Origin: Mobula hypostoma
Taxonomy: Eukaryota
DNA length: 64,000 nt
NCBI RefSeq assembly: GCF_963921235.1
Contig: NC_086097.1
Span: 120,406,001-120,470,000, forward strand
Direction of reading: 5' to 3'
A program made the position numbers and the translations under genes. Every line of letters starts with the position of its first letter. Position 1 is the stretch's first letter. The notes beneath the pieces are model-generated. The model was given only the letters and a program-made list of their open reading frames with translations, had not been told where the DNA came from and searched no databases. This document shows, one piece after another, positions 14,001-26,329 of this stretch.

Positions 14001-15800
14001 CAAAAGTTTCTTCACATACAGAAAGTGAAAAAGACAGGTGAGGGTGGATATTGGACTGTTTTAAAACAATGCTGGTGAGGTAATAATGGGGGAACAAGGA
14101 AATGGCAGATAAACTGAATAAATATTTTGCATCTATCTTCACTGTGGAAGACACTAGCAGTATGGTGGTAGTTCCAGGTGTCAGTGGTCATGAAGCGTGT
14201 GAAGTTACCATTACTAGAGAGAAGTGTCTTGGGAAACTGGAAGGTCTGAAGGTAGATAAGTCACCAGGATCAGATGGTGTACACCTCAAGGTGGTTGAAG
14301 AGATTGTGGAGGCATTAGCAATGATCTTTCAAGAATCACTAGATTCTGGAATAGTCCTGGAAGACTGGAAAATTGCAAGTGGCTTTCAACCCACCAAGAA
14401 GGGATAGAGGCAGAAGAAAGGAAACTATAGGTTAGTTAATCAGACCTCAGTAGTTGGGAAGATGTTGGAATCGATTATTAAGGATGAGGTCTCAATGAGC
14501 TTGGAAGCTCATGATAAAATGGGACATAGTCAGCATGGTTTCCTCAAGAGAAAATTTTCCCTGACAAATCTGCTGGAATTCTTTGAAGAAATAACAAGCA
14601 GGATAGACAAAGGAGAATCAGTTGATGTTGCGTACTTGGATTTTCAGAAGACCTTTGACAAGGTGCCACACATGAGGCTGCTTATCAAGCTATGAACCCA
14701 TGGTATTACAGGAAAGATTCGAGCATGGATATAGCAGTGGCTGATTGGCAGGAGGAAAACAATGTGAATAAAGGGAGTCTTTTCTGGTTGGTTCCCAGTG
14801 ACTCGTGGTGTTCCACAGGAATCTGTTTTAGGCCCCATTCTTTTCACATTATATATCAATGATTTAGATGATTAAATTGATGGCTTTGTTACAAAGTTTG
14901 CAGACGATATGCAGATCGGTGGAGGAACTGGTAGTTTTGAGAAAGTAGAGAGGTTACAGAAGGACTTAGATAAATGCGAAGAATGGGCAAAGAAGTGGCA
15001 GATGGAAAACCGTTTTGGGAAATGTATAGTCATGCACTTTGGTAAAGAAGAAATGAAAGGGCAGATTATTTTCTAAATGGAGAGAAAATACAAAAAACCT
15101 GAGGTGCAAAGGAACTTGGAAGTCATTGTGCAGGATTCTGTAAAGGTTAATTTGCAGGTTGAGTCTGTAGTGAGGAAAGCAAATGCGATGTTATCATTCT
15201 TTTCAAGAGGACTAGAATATAACAACAAGGATATAAAGCAACAGTGAGGCTTCAGAAATTTTGTGAGCAGTTTTGGGCCCCTTGTGTTAGGAAGGATGGG
15301 CTGAAGCTGAGAGGGTTCAAAGAAGGTTCATGAAAATGATTTGAGGACTGAATGGCTGGTCATATGAAGAGCGTTTGATGGCTTTGGGTGTGTATTCACA
15401 AGAATCCAGAAGAATGAGGGGTGACCTCATTGAAATCTATTGAATGGTAAAAGGCCTTTTCCGAGTGGATGAGAAGGGGCTATTTTCTATGGTGGCAAAG
15501 TCTCAGACGAGAGGACACAGGCTCAGAATAGAGGGGCATCCTTTTAGAACAGAGATGAGGAGGAGTTTCTGTACCAGAGAGTGGTGAAGCTGTGTAATTC
15601 TTTTCCACAGGCAGCTGTGGAGAAAAAGTCTTAATGTATATTTAAGGCAGAGGTTGGTAGATTCTTGATTGGCCAGGGCAAAATGGATATGGGGAGAAGG
15701 CAGGAGAATGGGTCTGAGAGGAAAATTGGATCAACCACGATGAAATGGTGGAGTGGACTCAATGGCCCAAGTGACATGATTCTGCTCCTATATCTTATAG
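11000..15800 (+). mobile_element. Long CR1 LINE remnant (endonuclease + RT), split by Rex insertion 11845-13523
   Basis: ORFs 11526-11765 (AESLWIEL), 14102-14407 (LNKYFASIFT, KSPGSDG), 14462-14695 (QHGF, YLDFQKTFDKVPH); tail cttatagtcttatcttat ~15795. Confidence 0.85.
11845..13523 (+). mobile_element. Rex1/Babar LINE, relatively young, internally deleted
   Basis: ORFs 11909-12223 (RPYYLPRE, ISGDLN), 12330-12602 (NNKPWV), 13011-13556 (KAAGPD, PVPK, DPLQFAYQ); jumps after HLDKP to 3'UTR with (TATGAC)n tail 13503-13523. Confidence 0.85.
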
Positions 15801-15995
15801 TCTTATCTTATACACCTCTATAAAGTTATCTCTCATCTTCCTTCAATCCAAAGAGAAAAAGCCCTAGTTCGCTCAATATATCCACCTAAGACATGCTCTC
15901 TAATGGAGGCATCATCCTGGTAAATCTCCTCTGCATTCTCTCTAAAGCTTCCATATCCTCCCGATAATGAAGTGCCTAAAACCAAACAGGATACT

Positions 15996-17308
15996 ACCAT
16001 AAGCCTACAGACTCTCACAGTGACCTGGACTATTCCTCTTCCCACACTGTCTCTTGCAAAAATGCTACCTCCTTCTCGCAATTCCTCCATCTCTGCCGCA
16101 TCTGCTCTCAGGATGAGGCTCTTCATTCCAGGACAAAAGAGATGTCCTCCTTTTTTAAAGAAAGGGGCTTCCCTTCCTCCACCATCAACTCTGCTCCCAA
16201 ATGCATCTCTCCCATTTCATGCACATCTGCTCTCATCACATCCTCCTGCTACCCCACTAGGAATAGGGTTCCCCTTGTCCTCATTTATCACCCCACCAGC
16301 CTCCGGGTCCAACATATAATTCTCCGTAACTTTCTCCACCTCCAATGGGATCGCACCACTAAGCACATCTTTCCCTCCCAACCATCCCCTCACTTTCCAC
16401 AGGGATCACTCCCTACGTGACTCCCTTGTCCATTCGTCCCCCATTTCCCTTCCCACCGATCTCCCTCCCGGCACTTATCCTTGTAAGCGGAACAAGTACT
16501 ACACATGCCCTTACACTTCCTCCCTCACCACCATTCAGGGCCCCAGACAGTCCTTCCAGGTGAGGCAACATTTCACCTGTGAGTTGGCTGGGGTTACATA
16601 CTGCGTCCGGTGCTCCCAATGTGGCCTTCTATATATTGGCGAGACCTGACGCAGGTTGGGAGACAGTTTCTCTGAACACCTACACTCTGTCCGCCAGAGA
16701 AAGCAGGATCTCCCAGTGGCCACACATTTTAATTCCACATCCCATTCCCATTCTGATATGTTTATCCACGGCCTCCCTACTGTCAAGATGAAGCCACACT
16801 CAGGTTGGAGGAGCAACACCTTATATTCTGTCTGGGTAGCCTCCAACCTGATGGCATGAACATTGACTTCTCTACCTTCCATTAATGCTCCACCGCCCTT
16901 TCGTACCCCATCCCTTATTTATTTATTTGTTTGTTTGTTTGTTTGTTTGTTTATTTTTCTCTCTATCTCCTTTTTCTCCCTCTGTCCCACTCACTATACT
17001 CCTTGCCCAACCTCTGGGCTTCCCTCTCCCTGCTTTCTTTCTCCCTAGGCCTCCCATCCCATGATCCTCTCCGTTCTCCAGCCTGGTATCCATTTTGCCA
17101 ATCAACTTTCTAGCTCTTAGCTCCATCCCTCCCCCTCCTGTCTTCTCCTATCATTTCGTATCTCCCCCTCCCCCTTCCACTTTCAAATCTCTTACTATCT
17201 CTTCTTTCAGTTAGTCCTGACAAAGGGTCTTGGCCCGAATCGTCGACTGTACCTCTTCCTAAAGATGCTGCATGGCCTGCTGCATTCACCAGCATTTTGT
17301 GTGTGTTG
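15996..17308 (+). mobile_element. Penelope-like element 3' portion (RT thumb, Cys linker, GIY-YIG, pLTR) with 9-bp TSD, inserted in a minus-strand CR1 piece
   Basis: TSD caggatact 15987-15995 and 17309-17317; MSSFFKERGFP, YIGET, EHLHSVRQRKQDLPVATHFN; pLTR with hammerhead at 17208-17249. Confidence 0.9.
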
Positions 17309-17574
17309 CAGGATACTCTAAGTGTCACTTATCCAATTTTTATACAGCTGCAACTTTACCTCACAGCTCTTGAATATAATTCCCTAACTAATGAAGGCCA
17401 GCACACCATATGCTTTCTCAGCAACTCTATCAAATTGAGAACAATTTTCAGTGATCTATGGACATGGATCCCAACATCCCTCTGTTCGTTTGCACTGCTA
17501 AGAATACTGCCTTTAACCCTGTATTCTGCCTTCAAGTTTGAGCTTTCAAAGTGCATCACTTCACACCTTCCTGA

Positions 17575-17862
17575 ATTGAGAGGGCATTAGAGGAGACAGC
17601 ATTAAGGTGGTTGGAAGAAGATACAGAGGAGATGTCAGGGGTAAGTTTTTTATGCAGAGAGTGGTGAGTGCATGGAATGGACTGCCAGCAATGGTGGTGG
17701 AGGCGGATTCGATAGGGTCTTTTAAGAGATGCCTGGACAGGTACATGGAGCTCAGTAAAATAGAGGACTAGGTAACTTCTAAGGTAAGGAAATGTTCAGC
17801 ACAGCTTAGTGTGCCAAATGGCCTGTATTGTGCTGTAGGTTTTCTATGTTTCTATGTTCTAT
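17575..17862 (+). mobile_element. CR1 3' end
   Basis: RGH...QRVVSAWNGLP motif, tail ttctatgtttctatgttctatg. Confidence 0.8.
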
Positions 17863-19489
17863 GAATTACATCTGCTCAAATTTATGTTGGATAAACTTAG
17901 ATCTCTTATCTTCCATTCCCCTGACAAAAATGAAATCGATAATATAAATTAAGATTTTGAGTTCCCAAGGTTCTACATCACATCGTAGCCACGAGAAATA
18001 TTGTGCATGAATTGAAATGTCAACTTCCACACATCTACTGTTCAATGACCAATAAAATAAATCTCAAATCTGTTCACGCCTTATTCCTCACACTTTGTAG
18101 TTATGCTACAACCACTTCAGTAGCTTTTTTAAGGAACAAAAATGTGCAGTTGTATCATGTCATATAACTTAAAGTTTCCTGCAATTTGGCCTACAATAAA
18201 ATAGAACATTAAAAATCCAAAAATGTCAAGTAAGCGCAAATACAAAAACTGAAACTATTGGAAATGCCCAGAAGCTCAAGGAAAATGTATAGAATTAAAA
18301 TCTATATTTACTAACTATATGTCAGACTTTGTACTGATGAAAGAAAGAATTCATTCCAAATTCAATGTTATTTCGAAGGTGTCAGATTGTTACATTACAG
18401 GTATGCAGACAATTTGATTGTTAATATTTTAGGTAATGAAATGAAATGCGTTGAGATTGATAATACACTTAGATTAAGTACAGACAGATTAAATGTTGAT
18501 GCTGTATCTGAATTCTTTTCGCCAATCTCATTGAAATACAGAATATGCTTTCCAACTCCCTCACTTTGCTAAATGCTTTTGTTGCAGTCAAAAATATCAA
18601 ATTCCGTTTTTCTCAGGACAATGGGGTCCACTATATTAATAGGAAAGGATTAAAGCAGTGCATTGCGAGAAATGTTTCAGAAATCCTTTGGACTGAATGA
18701 CTCTGATGAATATGACATGAAGGCAACATTGTGTTCTTTCAAATTTCATTCCCTACCAATCACACAGCCAAATTGGCAACATCTCCTATTCCCAAGTTAG
18801 AGAATCATTGTTTGAAAGTCATAGCCAGGTACGTTTGGAAACAATCACTGTCTGGAAATCTCAGGAATAATCTCTACAGGTTCTAACTTGTAATACAAAA
18901 GTAAAGAGGCATTGAGAAGAAAGTTGAGGTAGTATTAAGGTGTTATTAAAGCAAAGAGGCCAAAGACCGTTGATCTTATCTCATAAACTTAATTGAATTT
19001 TTGAAGAACTAAAACTCTAGTAGAAGAATGAAAGTTGGCTTCCAGGAGGGATTTAATAAATTTCCATATAAGAGACTTTTAAGTAAAATTAAAAAAAGCT
19101 AATCTATTGATCTTGTTGAAATTACTAACCATATTAAAATTAATTAAATGTTGTTGAAATTGAAAGCTATTACTAAAGACCAGTAATATACTCAGTATTC
19201 TCAATACTTTGCATTGACTTTGTTAGTGTAATAGAGAACCATGTAACAAGATTGCCAATAACACAAACATTAATAATACCTTAACTATTGTAAAATATTG
19301 TTGTAGAATAAGTTAATGGACAGAGTTGTGCCAGAGGCTTACAGGTATCTAAGGTCATCTAGTTTGGAACAATGAAAGAATGGATTTTATTAATGGTGGA
19401 AAACTTGGTAAAACAGAAAGGCAAAGAAATTGTGATTAGTTCTTGAACTTCAATTTGGCATTCAAAAGTATTATTGAACAGACCTTAGA

Positions 19490-20270
19490 GAACAAACTCT
19501 TACTGCTCAGTCTAAACACACCACCGTGCAACTGGGTGTTGAAATTTCTAACCAGCCTACCTCAGACAGTCATCCTCTCCATCATCTTCGACATCCACAG
19601 AGCTGTGTGTTGAGCCCACTATAGTACACACGGCTCACACACGACTGCATAGCCAAACACCTGAGCTAACACATTGTCCAGTTTGCTGATGACACACCAG
19701 TGGTGGGGTTGTCACCCACGACAGGGAAGTAGCCTGCAGAGAGTTGGTGGAACAGCTCTAGAATCTGGTGACAGGCAAATAACTTCTTCCTCAATGCCAA
19801 AAAGACAAAGAAGATCGTTATCGATTTCAGGAAAACTTGCATCATACACAATCCTCTTCACATCAGCAACACAGCAATGGAAACTATGTGCACTTTCAAA
19901 ATCCTAGGAGTGCACATCTCACACACCTCTCATGGTCCCAGAACATACCATCCACAGTCAAGAAAGTTCGCTACTGTAATGCCTCTACTTTCTGAGGATG
20001 CTGAAGAGAGCTGGTCAATCCATACCAATACTCAAGACCTTCTGCAGGTGAGCATTTGAGGGCATCCTAACGAGCTGCATCACTGTGTGGTACAGAACCT
20101 GCACCTTGGAGGATAGGAGGGCACTAAAACAGAGAGTTAAAACTGACCAATGCATCACCAGTGCCATCCTACCCAACATCAAGGACATATACATAGAAGG
20201 GAGCCAGAAAAAAAGCCAGCAATATCATGAAGGATCACAATACTTATGGACTGCTTGTCCCACTCCCATA
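19490..20270 (+). mobile_element. Rex1/Babar RT C-terminal fragment
   Basis: cagtttgctgatgacaca (FADD), FKILGVHIS, WYRTCT..DRRAL. Confidence 0.75.
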
Positions 20271-20479
20271 AAGCATAGGAACAGAATAAGGCCAGTCAGC
20301 CCATTGAGTATGCTCTGCTATTCCATCATGGCTGATTTATTATCCTTCTGAAACCCATTCTCCTGCCTTCTCCCCATAATCTTTGACACCTGGATTATCT
20401 ATCAACCTCTCCCTTAAGTACACTTTTTATAAATGACCTGGATGAGGAAGTGGAGGGATGGGTTGGTAAGTAACTTATG

Positions 20480-22610
20480 TAAGAGGTGGAGCGAAATAAT
20501 GATGGCGACTCCTTTGCTTGCATCTTCAGAAGCAGCTCTATTTCCATCTTTAATATCTCTATTTTCCCTTTCAGGGTTCCTTGGAAGAATCTAACCTAGA
20601 GTTACACGCCGACTTTGGTTCTTTGCAGGAATGGAACCCGCTATCAGGGTTTCATAAGTGACCATTGTTGTTCAGCACAGCAAGGGCTCGGCCTAAGACG
20701 CCGGCTCGGATTTGGAAGCCTATGATCTCGGGGCTCAGGAGATGGGCGGATCGAGGGTTGCTGTCATGGCAGGAGGCTCGGGTGTCATCGGTGGAGTCTG
20801 GATATCTGCTGTGTGCCTGAAGACCCGAGATCTTTGAGATCTTCTGGCACAGAGCTTGATAAAAGTGAAGTAACGGTCTTTTAACATTGTAAACCAGTGA
20901 GTTGTTTGTTACGTCTCACCGCTCACTGGAAAAATACAGACACCTCCTTCTCCCTTATTAGGGAGAGAGGGAAAGCCTGAGGTATGTTATATACTGGGTG
21001 AAACGCAAAGTTTTTGGGGTAACTGCAAGTCTGGGTCTTCATTACTGCTTTGCTCACACTTTCCATTGAGTCATACTTCTTACTTCAGTGGATGGGAAGT
21101 TGATGGAGAAGATCCTGAGAGGCAGGATTTATGAACATTTGGAGAGGCATAATATGATTAGGAATAGTCAGCATGACTTCATCAAAGGCAGGTCGTACCT
21201 TACGAGCCTGATTGAATTTTTTGAGGATGTGACTAAACACATTGATGAAGGAAGAGCAGTAGATGTAGTGTATATGGATTTCAGCAAGGCATTTGATACT
21301 TGCTCACAGAAGGCAAAGAGTGGTTGTAGATGGGTCATATTCTGCATGGAGGACAGTGACCAGTGGTGTGCCTCAGGGATCTGCTCTGGATCCCTTACTC
21401 TTCGTGATTTTCATAAATGACCTGGATGAGGAAGTGGAGGGATGGGTTAATAAGTTTTCTGATGACACAAAGGCGGGAGGTGTTGTGGATAGTGTGGAGG
21501 GCTGTCAGAGGTTACAGCGAAACATTGATAGGATGCAAAACTGGGCTGAGAAGTGGCAGATGGAATTCAATCCAGGTAAGTGTGAAGTGGTTCATTTTGG
21601 TAGGTCAAATATGATGGCAGAATATAGTATTAATGTTAAAACTCTTAGCTGTGTGGAGGATCAGAGGGGTGTTGGGGTCTGAGTCCATTGGACTCTCATA
21701 GCAGCTGCGCAGGTTGACTCTGTGGTTAAGAAGACATATGGTGTATTGGACTTCATTAATCGTGGAATTGAATTTAGGAGCCGAGAGTTAATGTTGCTGC
21801 TATATAGGACCCTGGTCAGATCCCATTTGGAGTACTGCGTTCAGTTCTGGTCGCCTCACTACAGGAATGATGCAGAAACTATAGAAAGGGTGGAGAGTAG
21901 ATTTACAAGGATGTTGCCTGGATTGGGGAGCATGCCTTATGAGAGTAGGTTGAGTGAACTTGGCTTTTGTCCCTTGGAGCGATGGAGGATGAGAGGTGAC
22001 CTGATAGAGGTGTATAAGATGAGAGGCATTGATCATGTGGATAGTCAGAGGCTTTTTTTTGGGGCTGAAATAGTTGCCTTGAGAGGGCATAGTCTTAAGA
22101 TGCTTGGAAGTAGGTACAGAGGAGATGTTGGTGTAAGTTCTTTTACACAGAGAGTGGTGAGTGCATGGAATAGGCTGCTGGTGACGTTGGTGGAGGTGGA
22201 TACGATAGGGTCTTTTAAGAAACTTTTGGATAGGTACATGGAGCTTAGAAAAATAGAGGGCTATGGGTAAGCATAGTAATTTCTAAGGTAGGGACATGTT
22301 CGGCACAACTTTGTGGGCCGAAAGGCCTGTATTGTGCTGTAGGTTTTCTGTGTTTCTATGAGCGCTTGGTGGCAGGTGCAGTTACTTTTTTTTGCCGGTA
22401 GGGGGAGGGGGGATTTTTGTTTGCTGCCGCTAACGGGTGGGAGGGAGGGGAGCTGGAGGCGACTTTGGGGTTCTGACATTTAACTGCCGTTCATTCTTTG
22501 GGGCACCTCTGTTTTCCTGGATGTTTGCGAAGAATAAGCATTTCAAGATGTATATTGTATACATTTCTCTGACATTAAATTGGACCTTTGAATCTTTGAA
22601 CCTTTGAACT
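20480..22610 (+). mobile_element. Non-autonomous retroelement (same family as 44205-44960), split by CR1 21085-22360
   Basis: gatggcgactcctttgcttgcatcttc...ctttggttctttgc matches the reverse complement of ~44800-44945; tail ctttgaatctttgaacctttgaac. Confidence 0.6.
21085..22360 (+). mobile_element. CR1 LINE RT 3' part, relatively young
   Basis: ORFs 21088-21420 (YMDFSKAFD), 21293-21682 (SGVPQGS, KFSDD), 21722-22270 (LVRSHLEYCVQFWSP). Confidence 0.9.
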
Positions 22611-22611
22611 T

Positions 22612-25556
22612 TGCCTGTACAGTCATCTGTGGCAATGAATTCCACAGATTCACCACATTCTGGCTAAAGAAATTTTTCCTCATCTCTGTTCTAAGTGGAC
22701 GTCCCTCAGTTACGAGGCTGTGCCCTCTAGTCCTAGACTCACACAACATTGGAAGCATCCTCTCCAGACCCACTCTTTCTAGGCCTTTCAATATTTTATA
22801 GGTTTTAATTAGACATCCCATCATTTTTCTAAATTGCAACAAGTACAGGCCCAGAGCAATCAAATGCTCCTCATATGTTAACCCTTTCATTCCTGGGATC
22901 ATTTTAGTAAACACTTTCTAGGCTCTCGACAATGCCAGCACATTTTTTCTTCGATAAAGGGCCCAAAATTGCTTGCAATACTCCAAATGCAGCCTTATAA
23001 AGCTTCCCCATTACATCTTTGCAAATGTATTCTTGTCCTCTTGAAATGAGGATTAGCATTGCATTTGCCTTCCTTGCTACCAACTCAACATGCAAATCAA
23101 CCTTCAGGAAAACCCGCATGAAGACTCCCAAGTCCCTCTGCATCTTTGATTTTTGAATTAACTCCCCATTTAGAAAATAGTCTACATCTTTATTTTTTCT
23201 GCCAACGTGCATAACTGCTTCCCTACCTCATATTCCATCTGCCACTTTTTTGTCCATTCTCCAAATCGATCTAAGTCCTTTTGTAGATACCCTGCTTTCT
23301 CGACACCATGTGCCCCTTCAGCTGTGTGCTGTCAAACCCCACATGACCACAAAATCATCAATTCCTTTCTCAAAATCATTGACCTATAACTTGATAAGAA
23401 GCGAACCCAACACTGACCCCTGCAGCACACCACTAGTCATTGGTAGCCAACCAAAAAAGGACCCCTACTCTTTGCCTCCTGCCCATCAGCCAATCTTCCA
23501 TATGTGCTACCTTTCCTGCAATACAGTTGGCTCTTACCTTGTTTAGCAGTCTATGTTTGGCAGCTTGTCAAAGGCCTTCTGAAAATCCAAATAAGCTATA
23601 TCCACTGACTCTCCTTTGTCAATCTTGCCTGTTACTTCCTCAAAGGTTTCCAACAGATTAGTAAGCCAACATTTCCCCTTTAAAAAACCATGCTGAATTT
23701 TGCCTATTTTACCATGTGCCTGCAAGTTCTCCAAGACCTTACTCTTAATAATAAACTCCAACATTTTTCCAACCACTGAAGTCAGGCTAACTGGCCGATG
23801 ATTTCCTTTGCTCTATCTCCTGACTTTCTTAAAGAGTGGAGAGCTATTTGCAATTTTGCAGTCCTCAAACCAATCCAGAATCTAATGATTATTGAAAGGT
23901 CATTACTAATGCCTCTTCAGTCTCTTCAGCTGTCTTTCAGAACCTGGGGTGTACGCCATATTGTTCAGATAACTTATCTGCCTTCAGTCTTTTCAGCTTT
24001 CCAATTACCTTCTCCTTAGTAAAAGCAATGAAACTCACTTCTGCCTCCTGGAACTCTCACATTTCTAGCATTCTGCTAGTGTCTTCCACAGTGAAGCCTG
24101 GTGCAAAATCTGCCACTTTTTTGTTCTCCATTATTACTTCTCCAGCATCATTTTCCAGCAGTCTGATATCTACTCTTATCTCCCTGTTAATCTTTATATA
24201 TCTGAAGAAACTTTTTGTATCCTCTTTTATATTATTGGCTAGCTTACATTCATATTTCATCTTTTCTCTCTTTATGGATTTCTTAGTCACCTTCTGTTGT
24301 TTTTTTTTAAGAACTTCCCAATCCTCTACCTTTCCATTAATTTTTTGCCATATTATATGCTTGCTTCTTAGCTTTTATGCTGTCTTTAACTTCTTTTGTC
24401 AGACACGGTTGCCTCATTCTCAATTTAGAATACTTACTCATCTTCGGGAAATATCTTTTCTGCAACTCCCATATTTCCCCCAGAAACTCCAGCCGTTGCT
24501 GTTCTGCTGTCTTCTCTGCTAGTGCCCCCTTCCATTCAAATGTGGCTAGCTTCTCTCTTCTATCTATAATTCCCTTTACTCCACTGTAATAATTATACAT
24601 CTGATCTCAGCCTCTCCTTCTCAAACTGCAGGATGGATTCTATCACATTACATGATCCTGTCTCCTAAGGATCCCTTCACCTTAAGCTCCCTAATCAAAT
24701 CTAGGTCATTCCGTAATACCCAATACAAAATCGCCATTCCTCTTGTGAGCACAACTACAAGCTGTTCTAAAAAGCTATCTCATAGGTATTCCGCCAATAA
24801 CACACATAAAAGTTGCTGGTGCACGCAGCAGGCCAGACAGCATCCCTAGGAAGAGGTACAGTCAACGTTTCGGGCCAAGACCCTTTGTCAGGACTAACTG
24901 AAAGAAGAGCTAGTGAGAAAATCTTTTATGTGTGTTGCTTGAAATTCCAGCATCTGCAGATTTCCTCATGTTGGGGTACTCTACAAATTCTCTTTCTTGG
25001 GATTCAACACCAACCTGACTTTCACAATCTACCCTCATATTGAAATCACCAATGATTATCATAACATTGCCCTTTTTCATGCCTTTTCTATCTCACATTG
25101 TAATTTGTGACTCATATCCTGGGTACAGTTCAGGGACCTGTAAGTAACTCCCATCAGGGTTGTTTTACCCTTGCGGTTTCTTAACTCTACCCACAAGGAT
25201 TCTACATCTTCTGATCCTATGTCACCCCTTTCTAAGGATTCATTTTTTACCAACTGAGCCACACCACCTCTTCTGCTTGCCTGTCTGTCCTTTAGATACA
25301 ATGTGTATCATTGGATGTCAAGCTTCCCACTATGATTTTCTCTCAGCCACGATGCAAAGATGCCCTCAGCATCATATCTGCCAATTTCTATCTGTGGTAC
25401 AAGATGATCTACCTTACTTTCTATACTGCATGCATTCAGATATAACACCTTCATTCCTATATTCATCACTTATTTTGATTTTGGGCCCTTGTTACACTTT
25501 AACTTATCCCACTCACTGCAATTTTGCAGTATCATCTGCCTGTCCTTCCTCACACT
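22612..25556 (-). mobile_element. CR1 LINE ORF2 remnant, with small Penelope pLTR insert ~24797-24972
   Basis: ORFs 22543-22914, 23543-23776 (QHGFLKG, YLDFQKAFD), 24057-24290, 25077-25301 (RRGGVA, ESLWVEL). Confidence 0.85.
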
Positions 25557-26305
25557 CAACAATATCTTGTGAGATTGGTTCTTGGACCCTGGTGCTGACA
25601 TTAAAACCAGTCCAGCTTGGGTTTGTCTGATTCTCTGGATCTGTTTGCCTTGCAAGTGTCCACACCAGGTTCTTCTTGCAGGCAAGAAAGCTACCACCAC
25701 TGCAATGCCATCACATATTTTCTAGCACTAGGGGTGTATACCTTGCCAAAAATCACTCTAAGAATTATTCCCCCCAGATGGTACTGGTGGCCCAAATTTG
25801 GGGTCCTGGCTCACGGACTATTACCCTCCTAGCTGTCTCCACCTTTACTTTTCCTTTCCCCCACCTGGCCCCATCTGTCTGTTTTTATTCTCTCCACCTT
25901 TTTCTGTCTCCCAATCCAATTCTCTCCCTCTCCTACCTGGTTCCATCTACCAATCATCTTTCAGCTCTCCTTGGCCCACCAATCAGCTACTGGCCTCCGT
26001 CTCATTGCTCTTCCTTTTCTCTCTATACTGGTCATCTTCCCTCTTCCCTCGCAGTCCTGATGCAGGGTTTCAAACCAAAACATTGACAGCTCCTCTCCCC
26101 CATAGATGATGATTGATCTGTTGAGTTCCTTCAGGAGATTATTAAAGTGCATTCAGGTGAAGAATACCAGTCGAGGATGTTGTTAACAAATTCATACCTT
26201 GCCTATCAAATACAGTCAGTTCAAACTCAATCAGTAAACTTAAATCTGGGAACAATAGATTTATGTTGGCCAGGGATGTTAAAGGATAAGGAATAAAGAT
26301 TTTTT
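25557..26305 (+). repeat. Direct duplicate of 29618-30322 + 34081-34136 (Academ right end + flank)
   Basis: Near-identical sequence; ORF pairs 25676-26086/29737-30126 and 25798-26109/29859-30173 are almost the same. Confidence 0.95.
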
Positions 26306-26329
26306 CTTTACTGAGCCAGCAGGGTTGGT

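Noticed and set aside
20425..20472. 45-bp match to CR1 at ~21410-21455
   Set aside because: Most simply an isolated scrap of an abundant CR1 family; too short to interpret.
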